From the IMG/VR virus record IMGVR_UViG_3300034993_000256, positions 1 through 52,833 of that record: 52,833 bases of DNA. One strand, written 5' to 3'. This DNA is from a virus. Its lineage: Duplodnaviria; Caudoviricetes. The notes below the pieces were generated by a model. The model did not search any database, was not told where the DNA came from, and saw only the letters and a program-made list of their open reading frames with translations. Shown here one piece after another: positions 1-8,846 of this stretch; position 1 is the stretch's first letter; every line of letters starts with the position of its first letter. Both the position numbers and the translations under genes were made by a program.

Positions 1-567
1 GACCCCGCGAACAGCACCGGCACGACGGGTATCGTTCTCGTGCACATGACAAACGACCGGCACCTCTTTGTAGTGGAAGATGCGTCCCTAAAGGGACGCA
101 CCGCCGAGCAATGGACTCGTATCGCAGTTGACTTGGCCATCGAGCACTCCGCACCGATCATTCCCGAGAATGACTCCGGCGGCGATGCTATCCGGGCCGT
201 CTTGAAAGCAGCCGACCTCCTCGACGAAGTGACGATCATCCCGGCCACTGCTCGCGGTCGCGGGAGTAAGGGCGCTCGTGCTGAACCGGTCGCACTGCTC
301 TGGGAGAGGGATGACTTCCGAGGCCACCTCGTCGGCCACCACCCCCTCCTCGAGGAAGAGCTCACGACGTACGTCGAGGGCATTACCACCGAGAGCCCAG
401 ACCGGATGGACGCGATGGTCTGGGCCTGCACCTATCTGTGGGGCCGCGCCGGATTCGAAGATGTCACTACCAGCTTTCCGGGCGCAAGCACCGTAAACAG
501 GGCTGTTAGCAGACGGCCGGGTACAATGATACGCTGGCACCGCGGCAAGAAGAAAGTCGGCACCTGA
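1..567 (+). CDS. terL: terminase large subunit, C-terminal nuclease domain (5' truncated)
   Basis: Frame open from base 1 (DPANSTGTTGIV). RNase H-like terminase motifs DP, ENDSGG, K..RAEP and SPDRMDAMVWA. Confidence 0.9.
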   Translation, partial: DPANSTGTTGIVLVHMTNDRHLFVVEDASLKGRTAEQWTRIAVDLAIEHSAPIIPENDSGGDAIRAVLKAADLLDEVTIIPATARGRGSKGARAEPVALLWERDDFRGHLVGHHPLLEEELTTYVEGITTESPDRMDAMVWACTYLWGRAGFEDVTTSFPGASTVNRAVSRRPGTMIRWHRGKKKVGT

Positions 568-576
568 GGAGGGTCC

Positions 577-723
577 ATGCAAGACGGCGAACGCAATGAA
601 GGAGATTTCATCCCCTGTGTCCCCCCACCCTGTCCCGAAGTGGAAGAGATCGAAGTCACGTTGCACGTGATGTCGCCCGAAGAGATCGAGGCCTTCTATG
701 CCAGCGACAGGACGATCTTCTGA
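577..723 (+). CDS. small acidic hypothetical protein (48 aa)
   Basis: GAGGAGG RBS, ATG 577, MQDGERNEGDFIPCVPPPCPEVEE; its TGA overlaps the next ATG (TGATG). Below the ORF-track cutoff. Confidence 0.65.
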   Translation: MQDGERNEGDFIPCVPPPCPEVEEIEVTLHVMSPEEIEAFYASDRTIF

Positions 724-1106
724 TGGCAAAGTACAGACCCGCCAACACCAGCCGACGGGTTGATAGCTTCGGCACTGCGCAGATCGGTGATCACGGCGCC
801 TTCCGAGCTCGGCTAATCCAGACCGACGAGACTGAGTTTGCTCTCTTCCCGGAGGACCCCAATACCTATCCCGTCAACCTTCGTTTCGCTGAGCCGCCTC
901 GCATCCGAGGACGAGTCCTCTCCGGCACCCTCCAGGTCGAGGGTCCGACCGATTTCGCGTTCGCCCGCGCCTCCTGCGGCTGCCAGACCCCCCGGCACCT
1001 CCGCGGTCCTGCCCGCATGTTTCTTGCACAGCTGTCCGATCCAGAGCCCGACGCGATGTGGACGGAGGACGGCAGGCCGGTCCCGATCCCGGGCGGCGTG
1101 CTGTGA
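723..1106 (+). CDS. hypothetical protein
   Basis: Coupled to neighbours at both ends; contains SCGC. Confidence 0.75.
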   Translation: MAKYRPANTSRRVDSFGTAQIGDHGAFRARLIQTDETEFALFPEDPNTYPVNLRFAEPPRIRGRVLSGTLQVEGPTDFAFARASCGCQTPRHLRGPARMFLAQLSDPEPDAMWTEDGRPVPIPGGVL

Positions 1107-1279
1107 CAGTGTGCAGGGCAGGGACATGCGGCGGGCGACGAGATCCGTCGCACAGGCCGATCGAGTTCTTCATCCGCAGTGATGAAGGTGACAGTGAGTC
1201 ATTCGACCGTTACGACGATGCACAGGCGTACGTGGATACGCATGGCGGCCTAGTGCGAGTCCGGGCGAAGGCGTCGTGA
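1103..1279 (+). CDS. small hypothetical protein
   Basis: GTGA overlaps at both ends; MTVCRAGTCGGRR...GGLVRVRAKAS. Confidence 0.65.
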   Translation: MTVCRAGTCGGRRDPSHRPIEFFIRSDEGDSESFDRYDDAQAYVDTHGGLVRVRAKAS

Positions 1280-1647
1280 TCGAAGCGACCTTCGCTGCTC
1301 TCCTCATCGGGTGGGCAGCTTACCGACTTTGGCGCCTGCTCGCCGTCGATGTGATCACAATCCGCGCTCGCGCACGGCTGTTCGGTATCAAGATCACGGT
1401 TGACGACCCGGCCGAGATCGGCGAGGCGCCAGAGCCAGAGGATGAAGCCGAGGCACGTTGGCCGAAGTTGTTTCACATGTGGCACTGCCCATGGTGCTTT
1501 GGGTTCTGGATTGCGCTTGTGACGACTATCGTGACCGATCAGATGATCAACGGCGGATTGCCCGCCCCCGTCCTTGTCGCTGGCGCCTCTGCGGCCGTCG
1601 CGGGATTACTCGGGGCAAATGATCCCGATCAGATGTACAGCAGCTGA
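1276..1647 (+). CDS. DUF1360-like membrane protein
   Basis: AAYRLWRLLAVDVIT and CPWCFGFWIA motifs with hydrophobic helices. Confidence 0.8.
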   Translation: MIEATFAALLIGWAAYRLWRLLAVDVITIRARARLFGIKITVDDPAEIGEAPEPEDEAEARWPKLFHMWHCPWCFGFWIALVTTIVTDQMINGGLPAPVLVAGASAAVAGLLGANDPDQMYSS

Positions 1648-1670
1648 TCCGCAGACTAGATTCCGGGTCC

Positions 1671-1832
1671 ATGGCGCGAACGGACAAATCAGGAATCACC
1701 GACGACATCGAGGTCGTCATCAACGGTGACGACACCGATGAGGACACCGATGAGAATCTCCCCGAAGGTGTCAAGGGCCCAGACCCCGCCCAGTGGGGAC
1801 CCGAAGCGAGAGCTGAACGAGGGATGGAATGA
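1671..1832 (+). CDS. small acidic protein (53 aa) with one TDxxGITDD repeat unit
   Basis: ATG 1671, MARTDKSGITDDIEVVINGDDTDEDTDE; stop overlaps the next ATG. Not in the ORF track. Confidence 0.65.
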   Translation: MARTDKSGITDDIEVVINGDDTDEDTDENLPEGVKGPDPAQWGPEARAERGME

Positions 1833-2362
1833 TGAAAACTGCCGTAGCAGAACGTGATGGCTTGACCGGCCTCGTTGTCGTCGAACTCTGGCGCCCAGAC
1901 GACGCTGGCAAGCTGCAACTTGCTCATTACGAGGAGGCATCCAATCTTGTCACTCAAGTGGGCGACCAATACTACGGCGAGCGCGCGGCTGGCATTGGTA
2001 GTCCGCCAGGTCAAGTCACCGGCATGCGACTCGGTACGGGTAACACAGCCGCGTCGAAGACCGGCGCCGGTGCTGCGATCGTCACGTATGTTTCGGGATC
2101 GTCCATCGCCATCACTGGCGGCTTTCCCACGTCTGCTCTGTCAGGTGCCAGTCGTCGTATCCAATGGCAGACGCTGTGGAGTGCCGGTATCGCGACAAAT
2201 GCGGCTCTGGCTGAGGTCGTTATCACAAACGAGTCACCGTTGACGAATGTCGCCGGCACTGCCGCTAACACGATCAGTCGGTTCGTGTTCGCCGCGACGA
2301 TCGACAAGCAGGCCGTTGACATCTTGACGGTCACCTGGAATCACGATCTTCTGGGGGCCTGA
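1829..2362 (+). CDS. putative virion structural protein
   Basis: A/G/T-rich beta protein (NLVTQVG, MRLGTGNTAASKT, LTVTW) of the kind found in fibre-attachment modules. Confidence 0.65.
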   Translation: MMKTAVAERDGLTGLVVVELWRPDDAGKLQLAHYEEASNLVTQVGDQYYGERAAGIGSPPGQVTGMRLGTGNTAASKTGAGAAIVTYVSGSSIAITGGFPTSALSGASRRIQWQTLWSAGIATNAALAEVVITNESPLTNVAGTAANTISRFVFAATIDKQAVDILTVTWNHDLLGA

Positions 2363-3699
2363 TGCGTCGTATTGCCCGCATCCCGCGTGGCCGGTGGATC
2401 GTCGCTGTCGTCGCGTTGTTCGTCGGCAGCATCGGCGGGACTGCCGCGATCATCGACACCCCGTTCTCTGCCGCGCAAGATACGCCGGTCGTTCCGCTGT
2501 GTGACGGTTCCGCCCAACCGACCGTGATCATCATCTGTCAGCGGCCAGGCTCCGATTCGTGGGCGACGATCGCCGCACGGTATGGCCTGACCGCACAGCA
2601 GCTCGCCCAGCAGAACGGCCAGAACACCACCTCGCCAACGCTCACGCCGGGCCGCATCCTGCTGATCGTGCGGACGAACACCCCGACCACGACCACGACC
2701 ACGACCGTCGCACCGGCAACCACCCTGCCACCGTCGACGTCAACGTCCACGACGTTGCCGCCAACCACGACGACCACCACGGTTGCGCCCACAACGACCA
2801 CGACCACGACGAGCACGACTTCGACGACGACGGTGACGTCCACGACGACCACAACGACGACGACTCCGCCCGGTGAGTCGTTCGTCGAGATCTTCACCGA
2901 CGATGAGGCATGGCGGGGGCGCTGGGACCTCGACGTCCACCACCGTGATGACGTCAACGGCGGCTCAAATATCGACACCGCGAAGACGTTCCGTGGCGAC
3001 CACGACATGACGTGCGCCGGGGCCGACACGCAGCGCTCGGTCAACGCCGCCCCTGACCGGTCGCAGCACTTCTACCGTTGCGGCACCGAGAACGGCGTCG
3101 GTTCTGCGCATGTGATGACGGTGATGGGCGACGTCGACGGCTACTCGACGTTGTCGATGGCTCCGGTCCAGGTGTTCCCGACGATTCACCGGGTGTGCTG
3201 GGATCAGAACGTCACCGACCTCGGCGGGCGTGGCTGGACCGAGGTCGTGATCGTGCCCGCAGCGAAGATCGATGACGGTGACCTCACCCACGTCAATCCG
3301 GAATTCGTCTCCGTCGACGAGTTCACCAAGCAACACGATGCGACGACGTGGGGCATCATGGTGCAGCCCAACTACTTCGGGCTGCGAGTCTTCCCCAACG
3401 GCGGGTCGGAGCAGCGCGATGACGGATTCGGCAACGATCCGCAGGGGTTCCAGTCGCGGGCGATCCGCCGTCAGCACTGCTTGACCGCGAATGCCAACAA
3501 CACGATCACCGTCACCGTCGATCAGGGCAGCAATGGCATTTATTCGCGCGTCTTCCCCGGCCATTTCCCGACCAACGCTAGGGTGATCTTCGAGCAGCAT
3601 GCTTACACGCCCGATAAGGACGGCGAGGCCTGTCGCACCACCGGGACGTTGACTGGTTGCCGCTATACCTGGCACTGGGACAACGTCACGATCACCTAG
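2362..3699 (+). CDS. secreted/membrane LysM protein with Thr-rich linker and C-terminal beta-sandwich domain
   Basis: Basic plus hydrophobic N-terminus; LysM-like PGSDSWATIAARYGLTAQQLAQQN...LTPGRILLI; ~65-aa T/P/S linker; Cys-containing domain ending WHWDNVTIT. Confidence 0.8.
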   Translation: MRRIARIPRGRWIVAVVALFVGSIGGTAAIIDTPFSAAQDTPVVPLCDGSAQPTVIIICQRPGSDSWATIAARYGLTAQQLAQQNGQNTTSPTLTPGRILLIVRTNTPTTTTTTTVAPATTLPPSTSTSTTLPPTTTTTTVAPTTTTTTTSTTSTTTVTSTTTTTTTTPPGESFVEIFTDDEAWRGRWDLDVHHRDDVNGGSNIDTAKTFRGDHDMTCAGADTQRSVNAAPDRSQHFYRCGTENGVGSAHVMTVMGDVDGYSTLSMAPVQVFPTIHRVCWDQNVTDLGGRGWTEVVIVPAAKIDDGDLTHVNPEFVSVDEFTKQHDATTWGIMVQPNYFGLRVFPNGGSEQRDDGFGNDPQGFQSRAIRRQHCLTANANNTITVTVDQGSNGIYSRVFPGHFPTNARVIFEQHAYTPDKDGEACRTTGTLTGCRYTWHWDNVTIT

Positions 3700-3708
3700 G
3701 GTTGCAAT

Positions 3709-5079
3709 GTGGCGATCACGGTTGATGACTCCACCATCGCGCGATTCTCTGACAACGACGGTCAAGGCATTTCGGCATCGTTCGATCCACCTGACAACTG
3801 TTTGATTGTCGTCGGTGTTCATTCATTCGACGCGACCCGCGACGTGTTTGATTCAATCGACGGCTCAACGAAGCCGTGGGAGCAGATTGTTATCACGACA
3901 GCCGGATTCTCGTCGTGGCACGTTAAATGGTTTGGGGTCGGTGTCGGATCGATGACGATTTCCGCCAATGACGGCCAAGGCGGCCTCGGGCCATTCATCT
4001 CAGCGAAGGCATATATTCTCACGCCATCAGCGGGCAATTTCTTAAACATCGCACAGGTGAATCGCGGGACGTCGGTCACGAACAATCTGAACGCTCCGGT
4101 CTGTACGACCCTCGTTGACGGATCGCGGGTGTTCGGTGCCGGGACTGACACCACGACCAACCTCGTCGCCCCAACCTCATCAGATGTCGAATCGGCCGGG
4201 GTCAACTCTGGCTCAGCCTCGTTCTTGGATGCCTACAAGTCGGCCGATACCGCCACCGCTGGGACTGCGGTCACAATCAATATGGATGCCGATGGCGCGG
4301 CGGCGGCGGCATGGTCGTGGGCTGGTATGGAAGTGTTCGAGTCGACGGTGCGAGTGCCGTGGCTGTTCGCCGCTGGCGCTCTGTTCGCTGCAGCATCAGG
4401 GACGTCAATCACGCCGGTTATTCCAGCTAATGACGCGCTCAACGACATCCTGATCATGGGTGTCATGTGCAATGGATCGACGACATTCTCGACCCCGACG
4501 AACTGGACGTTACTCGGCACATCGATCGAGTCAAATGCCAACCAGTCGACTGCCTGGTTCTGGAAACGGGCTTCCGGCTCTGATGGAAATCCGACATCGA
4601 CCACATCGGCGACGCTGTCAGGGACGGTCGGCGGTTATGGACGCATTTGGGTGTTCCGCGACTGCGTCACTACCGGTAACCCGTTTGAGGATGTTACTAT
4701 GAACGGGGCGCCGACGTCCTCGACAACTCCTGCTTCGGCAACGATCGACACCACCGCCACCTTGAGGCTCGTCATGTCATTCGTATTGGTCGATGACGAC
4801 AACACTTGGGCGTCAGGGATGCCAGCGCTCGGTTGGTGGGACATTGGAGGCCGGGTGGCCTCAACTACCGGCGGCGACGCCATGTTTGATGCATTTGGCC
4901 TGGTTGCCCCAATAGTCGCAACCGTCACGGGAGTCACGGTAGGCACTATGAACGCCGCCGACTTCTGGCGCACTCTGACAATGGCATTAATCCCTATCAC
5001 TGCCGCAGTAGATAGCTTGACATTCCGTAACATCTTCGTTGTGCCAAGCGTCCCCGTTCATCAATCGTACTACTGGTAA
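3709..5079 (+). CDS. putative virion fibre/accessory protein, two similar beta domains
   Basis: S/T/A/G-rich; motifs such as NDILIMGV, PTNWTLL, AWFWKRASG seen in phage fibre proteins. Confidence 0.65.
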   Translation: MAITVDDSTIARFSDNDGQGISASFDPPDNCLIVVGVHSFDATRDVFDSIDGSTKPWEQIVITTAGFSSWHVKWFGVGVGSMTISANDGQGGLGPFISAKAYILTPSAGNFLNIAQVNRGTSVTNNLNAPVCTTLVDGSRVFGAGTDTTTNLVAPTSSDVESAGVNSGSASFLDAYKSADTATAGTAVTINMDADGAAAAAWSWAGMEVFESTVRVPWLFAAGALFAAASGTSITPVIPANDALNDILIMGVMCNGSTTFSTPTNWTLLGTSIESNANQSTAWFWKRASGSDGNPTSTTSATLSGTVGGYGRIWVFRDCVTTGNPFEDVTMNGAPTSSTTPASATIDTTATLRLVMSFVLVDDDNTWASGMPALGWWDIGGRVASTTGGDAMFDAFGLVAPIVATVTGVTVGTMNAADFWRTLTMALIPITAAVDSLTFRNIFVVPSVPVHQSYYW

Positions 5080-5094
5080 TGAGAGGATCACATC

Positions 5095-5562
5095 ATGTCC
5101 GCTCCGATCTATGATTGCTCAACTGAGGGGGCGAGATCTCTGACAACTGGTGCCAAGTCGCTTCTGGGTGTCAAAGCGCATGCCAACTCGGGATTGCAGG
5201 TTGTCGGCTTCAGGATCGGTTTCATTGGTGTCACCGCATCTGAAGTTCCGGCTTCCATCGAGCTTTGCTACTGCACTTGGGCGACCAACTCGCCGGGCAC
5301 CAACTCGACGTCGACCACGCCGCGCCAGCGTAGCGGTCGGGTGCTCACTGCCGGGTTCACGTCAGGTACGCTGTGGACGGCCGAACCGACAACCGTGACT
5401 CCGCTGTTGGAGTTTCCTCTTACGCCTAATGGTGGTCTCGTCATCGAGGGTGTTGCACTCAGTACTGAGCCAGATTGTGCTCTCGCCGAAGGATTCGTAA
5501 TCCGAGTCAACACGACAGCGACTGTCAGCGCCCGTGGCACTATTTCAGTGACTCGTATCTAG
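5095..5562 (+). CDS. putative virion structural protein
   Basis: GAGAGGA RBS; 155-aa beta-rich ORF within the fibre block. Confidence 0.6.
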   Translation: MSAPIYDCSTEGARSLTTGAKSLLGVKAHANSGLQVVGFRIGFIGVTASEVPASIELCYCTWATNSPGTNSTSTTPRQRSGRVLTAGFTSGTLWTAEPTTVTPLLEFPLTPNGGLVIEGVALSTEPDCALAEGFVIRVNTTATVSARGTISVTRI

Positions 5563-5568
5563 GCGATT

Positions 5569-7092
5569 ATGGCCCGCCTCGGCCGCGGTCTTCCGTACAA
5601 GGTCATCATCGTTCGTAACGGGGCAGCGGCGGCAGCCGGCAATAACCTCACTGAAACCGCAACTGACGCTGTTGGAATCACAGACAGCATCGCGACGAGC
5701 AAGGTAGTAGCGCCGACCAAGACCGATCCTGTCGGAATCACGGACTCCATCGCGACAAGTAAGGCGATCTCGCAAACGCAAACCGATCCGGTCGGAATCA
5801 CAGACACGATTACGTCGTCGAAGGGCGCATCCCAGAGTGTAACGGATTTCATCGGCATTACAGACACAGTTGTGCCGTCCAAGGGTGTCTCGTCGACGGT
5901 TATAGACCCAATCGGAATCACGGACAGTGTCACTGCGACGAAAGCCATCGACCAGATCGTCACTGACCTTGTTGGAATCACTGACAGTGCGACGCGAGTG
6001 GTGGTAGCCGAGCGGACAATCACTGATATCATCGGCATCACTGACACAGTCGCAATAACCAAGAACATCACTGTCACCATCACAGATGGTATCGGGATTA
6101 CTGACAGTGTCGTAGCAACGAACTCGAAGACTGTCACAATCACGGATTCCATCGGCGTCACTGATGACGTGACACGGGCCATGACGTACGACCGAACGAT
6201 TACGGACGTTATTGGCATCACAGACGTCGTGACTGATGATATTTCTTCCGCGGGCGACGTGAACACGTCTGACCCGATCGCGGTATCTGACAGTGTCGAA
6301 CGCACACTGGTCATGGCTCGCGCGCCACCAGACGATCTGGTCGGCATCACGGATAGTGTTACGACATCTAAGGGCGTTACCGTTGGTGTCACGGATGTCA
6401 TTGGCATCACAGACAGCGTCGTCGTCGGGAAGACGATCACTGTCACGATCACGGACGCCATCGGAATCACGGATGATGTAAGTACTGCATCTGGACTCTC
6501 AGTCGAGATTACCGATCCAATCGGAATCACGGACGATGTAAGTATCATCCTAGGACTCGTCGTCACGATCACCGATACCGTCGGGATCGTAGATGACATC
6601 ACGAGAACAACGGACGCAATTCGTGAGATCATTGACCTCATCGGGATCACTGACTCCGTAACAGTCACTGGTGGTACTGTTAATTCGACGGTCGGTGACG
6701 TCACTCTGTCGCTTAGCAGTCCAAACGTCACACTGTCAATCAGTAGCCCAGGCGTAGTTCTCGTGGTAGATTCCGCTCGCGTGGTACTGTCCAGTGACTC
6801 AACAACTTACGATGTCGGTGACCAGCCGATAGTTACCGGGCATTTCACGAATCTCGCTGGTGACCCTGCGGACCCAACTGCAATCACAGTACGTGTTCGC
6901 AACCCAGACGGATCCATCGCCGTATACGATGAGACAGACCTCCAGAATCCGGCCGTTGGAGAGTGGACATTCACGTTCCCAACTCCTCTCGCAAATGATG
7001 GTCCATACGTTGTGAAGTTCTTTGGGACTGCGACCATCGTTGCGGCAGAAGACATACGATTTGTCGTGGAATGTTCTGAGGCGGACGTCTGA
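5569..7092 (+). CDS. repeat-rich fibre-like protein
   Basis: About 17 tandem ~20-aa units (TDxIGITDxV) followed by an Ig-like C-terminal domain (GDQPIVTGHFTN...PDGS...GEWTF). Confidence 0.8.
   Translation: MARLGRGLPYKVIIVRNGAAAAAGNNLTETATDAVGITDSIATSKVVAPTKTDPVGITDSIATSKAISQTQTDPVGITDTITSSKGASQSVTDFIGITDTVVPSKGVSSTVIDPIGITDSVTATKAIDQIVTDLVGITDSATRVVVAERTITDIIGITDTVAITKNITVTITDGIGITDSVVATNSKTVTITDSIGVTDDVTRAMTYDRTITDVIGITDVVTDDISSAGDVNTSDPIAVSDSVERTLVMARAPPDDLVGITDSVTTSKGVTVGVTDVIGITDSVVVGKTITVTITDAIGITDDVSTASGLSVEITDPIGITDDVSIILGLVVTITDTVGIVDDITRTTDAIREIIDLIGITDSVTVTGGTVNSTVGDVTLSLSSPNVTLSISSPGVVLVVDSARVVLSSDSTTYDVGDQPIVTGHFTNLAGDPADPTAITVRVRNPDGSIAVYDETDLQNPAVGEWTFTFPTPLANDGPYVVKFFGTATIVAAEDIRFVVECSEADV
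5659..6665 (+). repeat. degenerate ~60-bp coding tandem repeat (about 17 units)
   Basis: Recurrent GG(A/C/G)AT(C/T)AC(A/G/T)GA at ~60-bp spacing, encoding GITD. Confidence 0.85.
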
Positions 7093-8846
7093 TGGTCAGT
7101 GCAGCAGGAGCAATACTCCTTGGTCAGGGCGGTGCACTCGCCACTGCCAATCTTGGGTGGCAAGCCAAGGCATGGCGGTACTACGGCGCACCGGATGAAA
7201 CGAACTCATCTGACCTTCGTGCGAATCAGGGCGCAATCGGCGAAGTCCGTTCGGTTATGGGCTGGATTGCTGAGCAGATCGGTCGTATCCACTGGGATGT
7301 CGCGATTGATGGAAAGACGCTTGAGCAAGTCGAATCCGATGAACTTATGCTCAAAGTCGCCAACAACGAATCAACGATCAACATCACGACCAACCTGATC
7401 GTTGCCGGCGAGCTTAACTACGTCGCGATGACCGAAGCGGCGCTCGAGATCTTGTCCGGCAAGCCTGGATTTGAAGCGCTAGCAGGTCCGGTGTTCGCCG
7501 GCGATCCAGAGGCACTCTGGATTCCGGTCAGTGTCGTTGACAATCACCGGAAGGAATTGCTTGAGGGAGCGGATCTCAACCTTCGCGCTATTTGGCCCCA
7601 CCCCGGCAAGCCGACAGTCGCTGACCCGCCACTTCGCGGTGTCATCGACGTGCTCGAAGAGATTGAGCAGGTCCAGGACCTCGCGTATAGTCAGAACCGT
7701 AGCCGAATCGCGCAGATGGGCATCCTCACGGTTGCGAGTGAGTTCGATCTCGGGGTACCAGGCGGCGATTTCAAAGTCAGTCTCGAAGAGGCGATCAATG
7801 CGCAAATCCATGACCCACGTCGGGCTAGCGCAGCTCCGATCCTCCTCCGCGGCCCATTTGAGATGATGACTGGCGCACTCTCTAATGGCGCTCGTGCAGT
7901 CCAGTGGACACGCCCGCCTGCGGACGGATTCGATGAACGACTCGATGACAAGATGCGTTTCCTTATTCAGCGCCTTGCTTGGGGATTCCCGATTGCGCCT
8001 GAAATCCTGCTTGGCATGACTGCTACGAACCGAGCCGTTGCATTCCAAGTCGAAGAGTCAACGTATCGGAGTCACCTCGAACCGATTGCCAAACTCGTTG
8101 GACGAATCTACGCGCGTGCTCTGAAGATGATTCTGTCCGAAGAGTTCGACGGTCAACGGGTGAACGTGAACCCGGACGCTACTGAACTCCTCGCCCGCCG
8201 ACATAGTGTCGCTGACGCCAAGGACCTCTATGACCGCGGACTCGTCAATGCTGAATTTGTCCGACGAGTCGCTGGCATCCAGGAAGAAGATGCCGCCACT
8301 CAGGAAGACCTCGACAGGATCGTCCTCCTCCGGAAGGGAAGCAATGCAGGTGCCGCCAGAGAGCTCGACCCTAGTGAAGTTGCCGGCAATGAGCCAGTTC
8401 GCGCGTCTGCGGCATTTGCTCATGATGGCGCGACTGAGGCACTTCGAGCCGCTGTATCGATGGCAGCACGATCCGCCGTTTCTCGAGTTGGCGCTGCAGC
8501 TCGAACAAGACTCGGACGACTTAATGGCATTGGCGTCGAACCGCCGCTAGAGGTTGATCCGGATTCCGTTTCAAACGGTCGACTCCCTAGTATTCTCGGT
8601 GTTGATCGCCTTGCGAGTCTCGGTATCGACTTCCAAGCTGCAATTCACCCGGCGGCCGATCAATTGGCTGATTGGTGGGATACTTACGCTGTCAGTCCCA
8701 CAAGTCGTCATTTACTCGTACAGCAATTCACGGATTGGTGCGCCGCTACCTGTTGCTCGTGGCCATCGCCGCCCGTACCAGATGAGATGGTGGACCCAGT
8801 CGTCGCCGCAGTGCTAGTGTCCCCGGTCGAGTTAGGAGAAGTCTGA
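7092..8846 (+). CDS. portal protein
   Basis: WQAKAWRYY...GEV N-terminus, IWPHP, SRIAQMGIL, RLAWG...PEILLG motifs of actinophage portals; lies upstream of the protease. Confidence 0.85.
   Translation: MVSAAGAILLGQGGALATANLGWQAKAWRYYGAPDETNSSDLRANQGAIGEVRSVMGWIAEQIGRIHWDVAIDGKTLEQVESDELMLKVANNESTINITTNLIVAGELNYVAMTEAALEILSGKPGFEALAGPVFAGDPEALWIPVSVVDNHRKELLEGADLNLRAIWPHPGKPTVADPPLRGVIDVLEEIEQVQDLAYSQNRSRIAQMGILTVASEFDLGVPGGDFKVSLEEAINAQIHDPRRASAAPILLRGPFEMMTGALSNGARAVQWTRPPADGFDERLDDKMRFLIQRLAWGFPIAPEILLGMTATNRAVAFQVEESTYRSHLEPIAKLVGRIYARALKMILSEEFDGQRVNVNPDATELLARRHSVADAKDLYDRGLVNAEFVRRVAGIQEEDAATQEDLDRIVLLRKGSNAGAARELDPSEVAGNEPVRASAAFAHDGATEALRAAVSMAARSAVSRVGAAARTRLGRLNGIGVEPPLEVDPDSVSNGRLPSILGVDRLASLGIDFQAAIHPAADQLADWWDTYAVSPTSRHLLVQQFTDWCAATCCSWPSPPVPDEMVDPVVAAVLVSPVELGEV

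Noticed and set aside
519-530. GGGTACAATGAT in the terminase 3' end (also TGATACAAT near 18932)
   Set aside because: No matching -35 at 17 nt and no start codon at +1; left uncalled.
2680-2870. ACG/ACC trinucleotide runs as a microsatellite or origin
   Set aside because: Explained by the poly-Thr linker codons; the same applies to 47030-47230.
5659-6665. Regular ~60-bp periodicity resembling a CRISPR array
   Set aside because: Repeats vary at third codon positions and lie in one open frame; this is a protein repeat.
5559-6731. 390-aa ORF on the - strand
   Set aside because: Antisense shadow of the repeat gene.
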